From: Thermoanaerobaculia bacterium
GTDB lineage: Bacteria > Acidobacteriota > Thermoanaerobaculia > UBA5066
Assembly (NCBI GenBank): GCA_963816185.1
Contig: CAWFJJ010000028.1
Span: 384,001-448,000 of the forward strand
DNA: 64,000 nt
Direction of reading: 5' to 3'
The notes beneath the pieces were generated by a model that was not told where the DNA came from, did not search any database, and saw only the letters and a program-made list of their open reading frames with translations. Positions 19,996-30,458 of the stretch are shown here, piece after piece (within the stretch, counting starts at the first letter, position 1; each line of letters starts with the position of its first letter). The position numbers and the translations under genes were made by a program.

Positions 19996-22571
19996 GTGAC
20001 GTCGCTCGTCTCCCTCCGTCGCGGGATTGCTGTCGCGTATTTGGGTAGCCAAACGGCGCGCGACCCGCTCCCCCTCATAGGGGGTCGTCTTGCGCGATAT
20101 CACGCTGCGAGAGCGGGCCGACGAATCGATTGAGAAGCTCGTCCGCGCCGTGGAGCAGGCGAAGAACGTCATCCTCATGACAGACCCGAACGGGACCATC
20201 ACGTACGTCAATCCCGCTTTCGAGGAGATCTACGGCTATTCCATGCAGGAGGCGCTCGGCAAGACGCCACGGATCCTGAAGAGCGGCCAACACGACAAGG
20301 ATTTCTACAAACGTTTCTGGCAGAGGCTGCTGGCCGGCGAAACGGTGCGAGAGCAGTTCGTCAACAAGACCCGAGATGGCCGGCTCGTCACCGTGGAAGG
20401 TCTCGTCAGTCCCGTCCTCGATGCCCAGGGGCAGCGCAGCGGTTTCATCGCCGTGCAGGAGGACATCACCGAGCGAAAGCGCTCCGAAGCGCGGATTCTG
20501 CAGCTCAACCGCCTCCTCAGGACGATCTCCGAGGTCAATCAGCTCATCGTCCGTGCGCAGGACCGCGCGGCTCTTCTCTCGGAGGCCTGTCGTGTTCTCG
20601 TGGACCACGGCGGCTTCGAGTTGGTCTGGATCGGTTTCGTCGACGCCGCGTCACAGGTTGTCGTTCCCGCGGCGCGAGCAGGTGTACGCCCCGAGTACCT
20701 CGCTGGAATCGTCGTCCGGTGCGACGACACGCCGGAGGGGCGAGGACCGGTGGGCACGGCGATCCGGACGGGACGGTTCGCCGTCGTGGAAGACGTCGAA
20801 ACGGATCCGTCGGCTGCTCCCTGGCGCGAGCGAATGCTCGCGTACGGGTTCAAGACCGTCGCGGCTTTTCCTATTCGGAGCGGGGGCGCCGTGAGGGGCG
20901 CTCTCGGGGTGTACGCCTCGAAAGCTGTTGAGATCGGCCACGAGGAAACGACTCTCCTCGACGAGCTCGCGCACGACATCGGTTTTGCGCTCCAATCGCT
21001 CGAGAACCGCGACGAGCGGCGTCGGGCCGAGGAGGCCCTGGCAAGAAGCGAGCTCTACTTTCGATCTCTCTTCGAGAACGCACAGGACATCATTACGGTC
21101 ATCGACGCCGGGGGACTGATCCTCTTCGAGAGCCCGTCCGTCGAGCGGATCATGGGGCTTCCGCCGGACGCGTACGTTGGAAAGAGCGCGTTCGAGTTCG
21201 TCCATCCCGACGACGTGGCCGCCGTTCAGGCCGCCCTGCAGCGCGCCTCCGCCAACCCGGGGCTGCCCCAGTCCGCACTGTTTCGCTTTCGCCACGCCGA
21301 CGGCTCCTGGAGGACCCTCGAGGGGATCGGCAGCCTCCTGACGGGCGAATCTTCTTTCCGGTTCGTGGTGAACTCCCGTGACGTGACCGAAAGCCGCGCC
21401 CTGGAGCAGCAGCTTCGGCAGGCACAGAAGATGGAGGCCGTCGGGCGGCTTGCGGGCGGAGTGGCGCACGACTTCAACAACCTGCTGACCGCGATCCTGG
21501 GCTATTCGGACCTGCTGGCGGGGCAGGCCGGCGAGGGGAGCCCGCTGCGGGAATCCATCGAGGAGATCCGAAAAGCGGGGGAACGGGCCGCTTCGCTCAC
21601 TCGGCAGCTCCTGGCCTTCAGCCGCAAGCAGGTTCTGGAGCCCGTGGTGCTGCGGTTGAACGACCTGGTCGAAAACGTCGAGAAAATGCTGCGGCGCGTG
21701 ATCGGAGAGGACGTACGGCTGGTCACGCGTCTGGGCGACTCCGTGGGCAACGTCCGGGCGGATCCGGGACAGCTCGAGCAGGTGATCGTGAACCTCGCCG
21801 TCAACGCCCGTGACGCCATGCCGAAGGGCGGCACGCTGACGATCGAGACGGCCGATGTCGAGCTGGACGGCGTCTACGCGCAGAGACACGCCATGGTTCC
21901 TCCCGGCCGCTACACGATGCTGGCGGTCAGCGACACGGGCGTCGGGATGGATGCGGCCACGCAGGAGAGGATCTTCGAGCCCTTCTTCACGACGAAGGAG
22001 AAGGGCAAGGGCACGGGCCTCGGGCTCTCGATGGTATACGGCATCGTCAAGCAGTCAGGGGGATACATCTGGGTCTACAGCGAACCGGGGAAGGGGACGA
22101 CCTTCAAGGTGTATCTGCCGACGGTCGGGGAAGGCGGTCTCGGATCTTCCAGCGAGATCCGCGGAGTTTCATCCGGCCGTCGGAGCCGAAACGGTCCTGC
22201 TCGTCGAGGACGAGCCGGCGATCCGCACTCTCGCCCGCCGGGTTCTCGTGGAGCGCGGCTACCGCGTGCTCGAGGCGGGCAGCGGGACGGACGCCCTGGA
22301 ACAGGTCCGCGCAGAAAAGGGGCCGATTCACCTGCTCCTCACGGACCTCGGGATGCCGGACATGGGCGGAATGGAGGTCGCATCCGGCGTGCAAGAGCTT
22401 CATCCAGACATCCGCGTGCTCTTCATGTCCGGGTATACCGACGACGGGGTGGTCCGCAACGGGCTCCTCGAACCGAGACGGGCTTTCCTGCAGAAGCCCT
22501 TCACGCCGTCCGCCCTTGCGCGCAAGGTGCGCGAGGTGCTGGACGCGCCTGAGCAAGGCTCGGCCGCCTGA
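19996..22571 (+). CDS. Hybrid sensor histidine kinase (PAS-GAF-PAS-HisKA-HATPase-REC); frameshifts near 20080 and 22165
   Basis: [30 protein letters not shown]; receiver [23 protein letters not shown] in ORF 21855-22571; TACAAT and AGGGAG precede GTG 19996. Confidence 0.88.
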
Positions 22572-22575
22572 GCAC

Positions 22576-23124
22576 TCACTTCCCGGCAGGGCGGGGGCTG
22601 CCTGTTTCCAGAAAGTTCTTGAGCCTTCCCACCTGCTCGCCGACCACTTCGTCCACGATCGGCGCGATCTTCTCGAATCCTCCCGCCATATAGCCGCCGA
22701 TGCCGTACGTGACCACGAGCTTCGTGCCATCTTCGGCTTTCGCGAGGTCCCACGTCATGCTCCCGGCGAGCCCCAGGCCCTGAAGGGGGCCGATGGCGCC
22801 GGTCATGCGCAGCGCCTTGCCCGGGCCTGCGTAGACGACGGTCATGTGCTGGACCCCGCCGCCGTCCGGGAACCTCTCGCAAAAGCAGCCGCCCGGAACG
22901 GCGGCGATCGAGAGGTTCCTGGCATCGTGTGAAAACGTGTGCTCCGGATTCCACCAGCTCCCTACCTTCGCGGTGAGCGTGTCGTAGACGACTCCGGGGG
23001 TGGCCTTGATCGCGACTTCGTGCTTCACGGCGAAACCGCTCGGGCCGACGCTCATGACTTCCGCGGAAAGGGGCGCGGAGAGAAGCGCCACCGCGCAGAC
23101 CAGAATGGATGGAAGTTCTTTCAT
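22576..23124 (-). CDS. Exported SRPBCC/START-like domain protein
   Basis: Signal peptide MKELPSILVCAVALLSAPLSA; WWNPEHTFS, GGCFCE, GAIGPLQGLG. Confidence 0.75.
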   Translation of the reverse strand: MKELPSILVCAVALLSAPLSAEVMSVGPSGFAVKHEVAIKATPGVVYDTLTAKVGSWWNPEHTFSHDARNLSIAAVPGGCFCERFPDGGGVQHMTVVYAGPGKALRMTGAIGPLQGLGLAGSMTWDLAKAEDGTKLVVTYGIGGYMAGGFEKIAPIVDEVVGEQVGRLKNFLETGSPRPAGK

Positions 23125-23182
23125 TTCTGATATTCGGGGCTGCTGATGCAGCCCCGATAGTAGAAACTCTTCTCGCGAGAGC
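23124..23182 (+). repeat. Palindromic element copy 3 (hairpin A only; B replaced by a 10-bp palindrome)
   Basis: TTTCTGATATTCGGGGCTGCTGATGCAGCCCCGATAGTAGAAACTCTTCTCGCGAGA. Confidence 0.88.
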
Positions 23183-23183
23183 T

Positions 23184-23459
23184 TTATTTCGCGGCGGCTT
23201 TTTTCGCCTTGTTCACGGTCTTCGAAATCCGCGATTTCAGGCGGGACGCCGTCTTCCTGTGGAGGACGCCTTTGCGGACGGCGACGTCGAGCTCGGAGAC
23301 CGCGTTCGAGAGGAAGCTGCCGACCTTTTCGGCGTCGGTTTCCGCCGTCCTGCGGAGATTCTTCACGACGTTGCGGACCTGGGTGACGACGGAGCGGTTG
23401 CGGGCCCGGCGGCGGTCGCTCTGCGCGGCGCGCTTCTTGGCTTGCTTGGTGTTCGCCAT
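23184..23459 (-). CDS. rpsT: 30S ribosomal protein S20
   Basis: MANTKQAKKRAAQSDRRRARNRS..KGVLHRKTASRLKSR. Confidence 0.97.
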   Translation of the reverse strand: MANTKQAKKRAAQSDRRRARNRSVVTQVRNVVKNLRRTAETDAEKVGSFLSNAVSELDVAVRKGVLHRKTASRLKSRISKTVNKAKKAAAK

Positions 23460-23492
23460 GTGGTTTCGATGAGGCCTTTCTCTGGAGAGCGT

Positions 23493-24341
23493 TCAGCGGG
23501 AATCGCCGCCGAGGGACTTGAGGCGCTGACGCGCGCTCTTGGCCTCGTCGGAGCCGGGGAACTGGTTGACGACGAAGTTCAGCTCGACCATGGCCTGGGC
23601 CTTCTCGCCGAGCTCGAGATGGGCGATTCCCTTTTTGAGGTGCGCAGCCGGGGCTTTGTCGCTCTGCGGATACGTGCGAAACAGCTTGTCGAACGAGGCG
23701 ATCGCCTCGCGCGGCTTCTTCTGCGCGGACCAGCACTCTCCGGCCCAGTAGAGGGCGTCGTCGGAGAGATCGGTGCGCGGGAACTTCTCGGCGTAGTCCT
23801 CGAAACCCTGCCGCGCGAGATCGTATCGGCCGCGCTGATAGTCGGCCGTAGCCTGCGCGAAGAGGTCCGCCGGCGTGATACCTCCCCCGCGCGGGCCCGC
23901 GGCCGCCGGGACGGGACCGGCAGAGGACGGAGGCGGACCCTGCGGACCCGGAGAGGTCGCCGGCGGGGCGATCACGGCCCCGGCGAAGGGATGCCCCTGC
24001 GTCTCGGCGATCTGCTGGGAGAGCTGCGTGAGGCGCCGGTTCGCATCCTCGAGCTTCCCGGCGAGGGCCTGCATCTCGCGCGTCAGGTCGTCGAACCTCG
24101 TGCCCAGATCGGCGTTCGAGCGGAGGAGCGTCTGCGCCTGCTTGGCCAGGGTCTCGTTCAGCTTCGCAACCTCCTCCTTGGAGGAAGACTGCTTCGAGAC
24201 GGCGTCGACTTTCTTCTCGACCGTCGAAAGGTGCTGGTGAAGGCCGTCGATGTCGCTGCCGCTGACGCAGCCGGTCACCGCCGCGAGAAGTCCCGCGGTC
24301 AGGGCAAGGCGGCCGGCTCGCGTGACGCGCGGGCGGGTCAC
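23493..24341 (-). CDS. cpoB: Tol-Pal system protein CpoB/YbgF
   Basis: Lipobox VTGC, coiled coil, TPRs (ALYWAGE, YPQSDKAPAAHLKKG); follows pal. Confidence 0.9.
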   Translation of the reverse strand: MTRPRVTRAGRLALTAGLLAAVTGCVSGSDIDGLHQHLSTVEKKVDAVSKQSSSKEEVAKLNETLAKQAQTLLRSNADLGTRFDDLTREMQALAGKLEDANRRLTQLSQQIAETQGHPFAGAVIAPPATSPGPQGPPPSSAGPVPAAAGPRGGGITPADLFAQATADYQRGRYDLARQGFEDYAEKFPRTDLSDDALYWAGECWSAQKKPREAIASFDKLFRTYPQSDKAPAAHLKKGIAHLELGEKAQAMVELNFVVNQFPGSDEAKSARQRLKSLGGDSR

Positions 24342-24886
24342 TTCGCGGTGACGACGAAGTGGGCGCGGCGGTTCTTCTGCCACGAGTCTTCGTCGTGCCC
24401 GGTCGCGAAGGGGCGCTCCTTGCCGTAGGACACGGTCTTGATCCGCCCCGCGTCCACGCCGAGGGAGACCAGGTAGTCCTTCGCGGCGTTCGCGCGGCGA
24501 TCGCCGAGCGCGAGGTTGTACTGCTCGGTGCCGCGCTCGTCGCAATGACCCTCGATCGTGAACTGTACGCTCGAGTACTTCTTCAGCCACGTCGCGTTCG
24601 CGGCGAGCACGTCGCGGGCGTCGGGGCGTATGTCGGCCTTGTCGTAGTCGAAGAACGCGGGCTTCAGGTAGCTCGAGATCTCGGCGAACGACCCCGCGAG
24701 CTCATCGGTGACCCTCGGCGTCGGCTGCGGAGCCGGCGGGGGAGTCTCCACGGTCACGACGGTGGGTGTCGAGACGGGTTCGGGAGTCGGCTCTGGGGCC
24801 GGCATGGGTTTTGGCTTCGGACTGCAGGCGACGATGAATGCGAGAGCGACGAGCGTGAGCGAACCGACCTTGAGGGACTGCTTCAT
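24338..24886 (-). CDS. pal: Peptidoglycan-associated lipoprotein
   Basis: IVAC lipobox; FFDYDK, IEGHCDERGT.QYNLALGDRRA, SYGKERP, NRRAH. Confidence 0.96.
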   Translation of the reverse strand: MKQSLKVGSLTLVALAFIVACSPKPKPMPAPEPTPEPVSTPTVVTVETPPPAPQPTPRVTDELAGSFAEISSYLKPAFFDYDKADIRPDARDVLAANATWLKKYSSVQFTIEGHCDERGTEQYNLALGDRRANAAKDYLVSLGVDAGRIKTVSYGKERPFATGHDEDSWQKNRRAHFVVTAK

Positions 24887-24950
24887 GGAATCGAGCCTCC
24901 GTTGACGGGGGGATTGAGGGCGCCGGACGGCGACCATCCCGTCGGCGGCG

Positions 24951-26369
24951 TCATTCTAGCGTCTTGATCCACGAGGGGGAAAAATTGTTCCCGGAAGAGG
25001 TCACGATGCGGGGCGTGCCGCCGCCGTCCGCGTTTCCGACGGCGATCTGGGTCGAGCTGCCGCGCTGCACATCCCAGGCGATCTTCGATCCGTCCGGCGA
25101 CCACGTAGGGCTCTCGTGGGCGCCCGGCCCGCTCGAAATCTGCACGGTTCGCCCGGTTGCGAGGTCCATGACACAGATCTGGAAATCGCCCTCGTTCCGG
25201 CACGCGAACGCCATCCGCCCCCCGTCCGGCGAGAAAGTCGCCTCGTCGTTCCAGTTCCCGGCGAGCGAGACCCGACGCACGTTCGCACCCTCGAGGTCCA
25301 TCATGAAAATCTGGGGCGTGCCCTGGCGGTTCGACGTGAACGCCAGCTCGCGCCCGTTCGGGGACCACCGGGGCGTCGAGTCGATCGCCACGTTCTCGGT
25401 GAGCCGTTTCAGGTTCGAGCCGTCCGTCTGGACCGTGAAGATCTCGGTGTTCCCCTTCACGCTTCCGCAGAAGGCGATCGTCTTGCCGTCCGGGGAGAAG
25501 GACGGGGACGCGTTGAGCTGCGTCGGGACGCGAATCTGACGCTTGTCGCCTCCGTCCTTCCCGATGAGCCACAGGCCCGGCGTATCCTTCTCATACGACT
25601 GGTACACGATCTTCGCCCCGTCGGGAGACCAGTCCGGCGCGAGCGACAGCGTGTTCGAATAGGTGATCCGGCGCTGGTTGTCGCCGTCGAAGTCCATCGT
25701 GTAGATCTCCTTCACGACGTTCTTCCCCGCGACCCGGTCGCGGTCGGACGAAAAGGCGATCTTCGTCAGGAACGGCCCGGGTTTGCCCGTGAACTGGCGT
25801 ACGAGGTCGCTCGCGAGCGTGTGCGCGATGCGGCGCGCCGCCCGCATCTCGCCGGAGTACTTTCTGCCCATGATGGACTTGAGCGTGCTGAGATCCCAGA
25901 GAGTCGCCTCGACGACGACGCCCCCGCCGTCCGGCGCGAGGTGCGTATCGAGCAGGAACTGCGCCGACGTGGCTTTCCACGCGTCGCCCTCTTCGCGATT
26001 TTGGGGCGGGCGCATCCCCTTCGGGTAAAGAGCCGGATCGGCCACGACGAAGACGCCGGAGCCGGCGAGGTCGTCGGTGAGCGTCGTGTAGAAAGGATCC
26101 ACGGCCCGCGTCTGAAGGTCCGGCGAGATCGGCGCGACCGTCATCGGAATCGCCAGCGGCCGGCGTGCTCCGGTGGCTCCGGTGAGCGTGAGATCGATGT
26201 TCGAGGGCTGCGAGATCCCGGACATGGTCGGAACGGGCTTCGGCGCCTGGCCGAGAAGGGGCGTCGCCGCCAGAGCGAACAAGAGCGCTACGAGCGAGGA
26301 CCGGGGAGAGATATTTCTGATATTCGGGGTTCCTGATGCAGCCGCCCGGGGAAGGGATTCTTTTCTCAT
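24951..26369 (-). CDS. tolB: Tol-Pal beta-propeller protein TolB
   Basis: TolB_N region plus WSPDG repeats; upstream of pal. Confidence 0.93.
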   Translation of the reverse strand: MRKESLPRAAASGTPNIRNISPRSSLVALLFALAATPLLGQAPKPVPTMSGISQPSNIDLTLTGATGARRPLAIPMTVAPISPDLQTRAVDPFYTTLTDDLAGSGVFVVADPALYPKGMRPPQNREEGDAWKATSAQFLLDTHLAPDGGGVVVEATLWDLSTLKSIMGRKYSGEMRAARRIAHTLASDLVRQFTGKPGPFLTKIAFSSDRDRVAGKNVVKEIYTMDFDGDNQRRITYSNTLSLAPDWSPDGAKIVYQSYEKDTPGLWLIGKDGGDKRQIRVPTQLNASPSFSPDGKTIAFCGSVKGNTEIFTVQTDGSNLKRLTENVAIDSTPRWSPNGRELAFTSNRQGTPQIFMMDLEGANVRRVSLAGNWNDEATFSPDGGRMAFACRNEGDFQICVMDLATGRTVQISSGPGAHESPTWSPDGSKIAWDVQRGSSTQIAVGNADGGGTPRIVTSSGNNFSPSWIKTLE

Positions 26370-26594
26370 ATGCGGCGGCTGCTGATGCAGCCGCCGAATA
26401 CTTGAAATCTGCTTCCCGAATGGCCGATGTCAAGGGCGCGCTTCGCGCGCCGCGGAGCGGTCGCGGACCCTTGACATCGGTCATTCGGGGAATACGGCCT
26501 CTCTGCAAAATCTCTTCTCTTCCTCCTTTCCTTTCTTCCACTTCTAAGAAAATCCTCTTCTTCTCTTCTTCTTTGTCTTTCAAAGAATTCCCCT
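26314..26594 (+). repeat. Palindromic element copy 4 (degenerate A + A + B + pyrimidine tail with two TTC-N3-GAA cores)
   Basis: A' at 26314-26347, A at 26373-26396, B at 26413-26492, TTCTAAGAA at 26542, TTCAAAGAA at 26579. Confidence 0.95.
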
Positions 26595-27392
26595 TCACTG
26601 GAATTTCAGATGCACGCCGAGCGACTCGTTCCGGTAATCCGGCGGGAGCGGCGGGAGCGGGTTCGCGGCGTAGACGGCGCGCGCCGCGGCGCGGTCGTAG
26701 TAGCTCACGCCGGAGGACGAGTCGATCTTGACGTCCGTCACCTGTCCGGAGCGCAGGATGCGGAACGAGATGACGCAGCTCGTGCCTTCGGCCGACTCCG
26801 GCTTGAACCAGTTCGCGCCGATGAGCGAGAGGAGCTGCTCCACGTAGTACGAGAAGGGGAAGTCGGCGTCGAACGAGGTGACGGATGCCCCGAAGGAGAC
26901 ACCCTCGCCCGAGGTGCTGCCGTTCGCGGCGCCCGCGGCGCTCGGGAGCTCGAGAGCGGGCCCGCCGGGCTTCGCGGCGCCCGGAGCGGGCTTCGGTTTC
27001 TCGGGCTTCGCGTGCTTCTTCGGCTCGGGCATCGCTTTCGCGGAGGGCTGGACTTTTTCCGTGGGCTTCTCGATGACGGGCTTTGCCTTCGGCGCCGGCG
27101 CCGGCTCAGCGGGCGCCGCCACGGGGGCGGGAGCGGGCGGGGCCTGGGGCCGGCCGAGGGAGGCCGGGCTCACGACACGGACGGGCAGGGACATCGGGAC
27201 GAAGACCGGCGCCTTGCGCGGCTTGCCGATGAGGAGAACGAGCGCGAGGAAGGCCGCGTGGCCGAGGATCGAGACGGCGACCGTCAGGGACCGCGGGGGA
27301 AGGCCGGTGTGCGATCGCCGCGCGAGGATGTCCGAGACGGTGGGCGCGGGAAGAGCCTCCGCGCGCGCGGTCACCGTGCTCATCGCCGTCAT
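26595..27392 (-). CDS. TonB/TolA family energy transducer
   Basis: TM helix with SILGH, Pro/Lys linker, C-terminal SSG..YDRAAARAV..PLPPLP; in the tol operon. Confidence 0.88.
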   Translation of the reverse strand: MTAMSTVTARAEALPAPTVSDILARRSHTGLPPRSLTVAVSILGHAAFLALVLLIGKPRKAPVFVPMSLPVRVVSPASLGRPQAPPAPAPVAAPAEPAPAPKAKPVIEKPTEKVQPSAKAMPEPKKHAKPEKPKPAPGAAKPGGPALELPSAAGAANGSTSGEGVSFGASVTSFDADFPFSYYVEQLLSLIGANWFKPESAEGTSCVISFRILRSGQVTDVKIDSSSGVSYYDRAAARAVYAANPLPPLPPDYRNESLGVHLKFQ

Positions 27393-27811
27393 CGACCGCC
27401 CTCGCTCCGGAGCTCGGTCACCATTCCCAGGCTCTCGACACCGAGCCGGTTCAGCGTGTCCATGGTCTCGACGACGACGCCGTACGCGAGGTTGCGGTCG
27501 GCCTTCAGGTAGACGGCCTTGTCGCGGCGGCGCGAGAGGATGAGCTTCAGCCGGTCCCGGAGCTGGCTCTTCGGAATCGGCGTCTCGTTCAGATAGTAGT
27601 TCCCGTTCTTCGTGATGGAGAGGATGAGCGGGTCCTCGGGCGTCTTTGGAAGGTTCTGCGCCACGGACTTCGGGAGCTGGACCTCGACGCCCTGATGAAG
27701 GAGCGGTGCCGTGACCATGAAGATGACGAGGAGCACGAGCATGACGTCCACGAGAGGCGTGACGTTGATATCCGAGAAGGCGTTCGCATCGTCGTCGAGC
27801 TTGAAAGCCAT
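27389..27811 (-). CDS. tolR: TolR/ExbD
   Basis: INVTPLVDVMLVLLVIFMVTAP, LKADRNLAYGVVV. Confidence 0.92.
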   Translation of the reverse strand: MAFKLDDDANAFSDINVTPLVDVMLVLLVIFMVTAPLLHQGVEVQLPKSVAQNLPKTPEDPLILSITKNGNYYLNETPIPKSQLRDRLKLILSRRRDKAVYLKADRNLAYGVVVETMDTLNRLGVESLGMVTELRSEGGR

Positions 27812-27825
27812 GGGACAGTCCTGCC

Positions 27826-28522
27826 CTAGGTGAAGTGGCGCTCGGCCAGGTTCATGAACTCGAGCTCGAAGTCGCGCATCTCGGCGCGCGCCGCGCGCAT
27901 CTTCCCGCTGAAGTTGTTGTACGCGATGAGCGCGGGCACCGCGGCGACGAGGCCGGCCGCGGTGTTGATGAGGGCCTCCGCGATGCCCGGCGCCACGACG
28001 ACGATCGACGTCGAGCCCTTCTGGGCGATCTGCTGGAACGCGATCATGATGCCCATGACCGTTCCGAAGAGGCCGATGAAAACCGTGGCCGAGGCGGTCG
28101 TGGCGAGGAACGACATCCCGCGCCCGAGGCGCGTCGTCTCGACGCCTGCCGCGCGCTCGAGCGCGCGCTCGATGGAGGCGAGGCTCTTCACGAAGAGGCG
28201 TCCGGTGTCGGCCGGCGCCACTTCGCGGCCGTCCTTCACCTGCTGGTCCAGCTCGGCGTAACCCGCGCGGAAGATGCCGACGAGCGGGCTCGACTCGCAC
28301 TTGTCGCAGACTGCCGAGAACGTCGGCGAATTTGCGGCTCTTGCGGAAGTGGTTCAGGAACGCGCGCGAGTCGGACGCGGCGCGTGAGAAACTCCACAGC
28401 CGGCCGATGATGATTGCCCACGACACCAGGGAGAAAAAAGCGAGCACGATCAGGACGGCCTTCGCCGTCGGTCCCGCCGAAAGGAAGAGCTGGGCGATGT
28501 TCGAGCCGCCGGTTTCCGTCAT
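27826..28522 (-). CDS. tolQ: TolQ/ExbB; frameshift near 28310
   Basis: N-terminal FSLVSWAII in ORF 27389-28522; FIGLFGTVMGIM, VAPGIAEALINTAAGL in ORF 27826-28239. Confidence 0.9.
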
Positions 28523-30458
28523 CGTTTCAGTTGACTCCCTCTCGGGATGTGTTCCGCGACGGACCCGTCTCGGGCCGTCTCGTCAAGGTAGCACGGAGTC
28601 TTCAAGCGGGTCAAAGCGGCGGAAGGTTCTCGCGGCTGTCGTCGCGGCTCTCGCCCTGAGTCTGGCGGGGCCAGCACGAACGGCTCCTCTTCCGGCCGAC
28701 GTCCTGCCGCTCGCCGCCGTCAAGGCGGGGATGAAAGGTTACGGCCTGACCGTTCTTCACGGCTCGACCGTGGAGCGGTTCGATGTGGAGGTGCTCGGCG
28801 TCGTGCCGAACGCTCTCGGGCGGTCGCAGATCGTCGTGCGCGTCTCCGGGCTCGGCCTCGAGAAGACCGGCATCCTCGCGGGGATGAGCGGCAGCCCCGT
28901 CTATCTCGAGGGCCGCCTCGCGGGAGCGATCGCGGCCACGTGGGGATTCTCGAAGGAGCCCATCGGAGCGGTCACTCCGATCGAATCGATGCTGGCGATC
29001 GACAGCGGCGATCCGGCGGCCGGAGCGGAAAGGACCGCACGACCAGCCTCCGGCGACGGCTTCTCCGCGTTCGCCCAGACGCTCGCGCTTCCCGAGGAGC
29101 AGCGCCTCGCGGCTCTTCAGAAGATCCTGGATGCGCGCTCCGGCCTGCCGGCACGCGCGCAAACCTCGCTGCTTGCGCCCGTGACCGCCGGATTCCCGGC
29201 CGCCGTTCTCGGGCGATGGGGCGGGGACCTCGCTCGTCTCGGAATTCCGGTTTCGCTCGCCTTGGACGATTCCCCGGCGCTCCCCGGCACCGCTCTTCAG
29301 GTGGCCGAGCGGGCGAGCCCGGCGGCGCCGATCGCCCCGGGGTCCGCGGTGACGGCGCTTCTCATCGACGGCGACCTGCAGCTCGGCGCGACGGGCACCG
29401 TGACGCGCGTGGACGGCCAGGGTCGCTTCCTGGCTTTCGGTCATCCGTTCCTCGGCGTGGGAATGATCGAGCTACCGGTCGCTCCGGCCGAGGTCGTCGC
29501 CGTCTTCCCGAGCGCGATGCTTTCGTTCAAGATGGCGTACGCCCTGGCGCCGGCCTATCGCCTCACGCGTGACCGCGACAGCGGCGTGGCGGGGCGCACG
29601 GACCGCGCGGCCGCCCTTGTGCCGGTGCACTTCCGGCTCGAGTCCGAGGGAAGGCCCGCGCGCACCCTGTCGTGGGGCGTGGCGAAGGAAGCGGCCCTCT
29701 TCCCGGCCCTCGTCGGGATCTCGATGGATGCTGCCTTCACGACGCTCGACCCGACGCCGGTCGACCGCACCCTGCGCCTTCGCGTTTCCGTCGGCACGAA
29801 GGCCGGGCCGTTCGTCTACGCGGACCAGATGACGGGTCCGCGGGCGAAAGAGCTCGCGCTCCTGACCACGAACGTCCTCACCGGCCTCGTCGCCCAGAAC
29901 GACTTCGAAGACCCACGCATCTCCGGAGTGGACATCTCGATCGTGAGCGCGCCGGGCGAGAAGCGCCTGCACGTCGTGGGGGCGGCGCTCTCGGCGCGCA
30001 AGGTGGCGCCCGGACAGACGGTTCGCGCCACGGTGCGTCTCGAGGACCGCCGCGGGGCGGAAGAGACGCGCGTCCTTTCGCTCACCGTTCCCAGGGAGAC
30101 CCCGGAGGGCCGCGCGGCCGTCATCGTGGGCGACGGCAACGCCGCCTCGGCCGCGCGCCTCGCCGCGCAGCCTGCCGAGCCACGCACGCTCTCGGGCCTC
30201 CGCGCCGCGCTCGAAAGGCTCGTGCCCGCGGATCGGCTTGCGGCGCTCCTCGTCGTCCCCGCGCGGGGCGCGACCACGGGAGACGACACCCTGAGCGCCC
30301 TGCCTCCTTCTTTCGCGATGATTCTCTCCGAAGGGGGAGATGCGACCGCGCACGCGTCGGTCCCGATTCGCATCCTCGCCGAAGAGTTCGTCACCCTCGA
30401 CCGGCCGGCGTTCGGCTCGGTGCGCCTCGAGCTCGAGGTAGAAAGGCCCCGCTCCTGA
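28497..30458 (+). CDS. SpoIVB peptidase S55 domain protein (start uncertain)
   Basis: GMKGYGLTV..FDVEVLGV, GILAGMSGSPVYLEGRLAGAI, FGHPF. Confidence 0.85.
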   Translation: MFEPPVSVIVSVDSLSGCVPRRTRLGPSRQGSTESSSGSKRRKVLAAVVAALALSLAGPARTAPLPADVLPLAAVKAGMKGYGLTVLHGSTVERFDVEVLGVVPNALGRSQIVVRVSGLGLEKTGILAGMSGSPVYLEGRLAGAIAATWGFSKEPIGAVTPIESMLAIDSGDPAAGAERTARPASGDGFSAFAQTLALPEEQRLAALQKILDARSGLPARAQTSLLAPVTAGFPAAVLGRWGGDLARLGIPVSLALDDSPALPGTALQVAERASPAAPIAPGSAVTALLIDGDLQLGATGTVTRVDGQGRFLAFGHPFLGVGMIELPVAPAEVVAVFPSAMLSFKMAYALAPAYRLTRDRDSGVAGRTDRAAALVPVHFRLESEGRPARTLSWGVAKEAALFPALVGISMDAAFTTLDPTPVDRTLRLRVSVGTKAGPFVYADQMTGPRAKELALLTTNVLTGLVAQNDFEDPRISGVDISIVSAPGEKRLHVVGAALSARKVAPGQTVRATVRLEDRRGAEETRVLSLTVPRETPEGRAAVIVGDGNAASAARLAAQPAEPRTLSGLRAALERLVPADRLAALLVVPARGATTGDDTLSALPPSFAMILSEGGDATAHASVPIRILAEEFVTLDRPAFGSVRLELEVERPRS

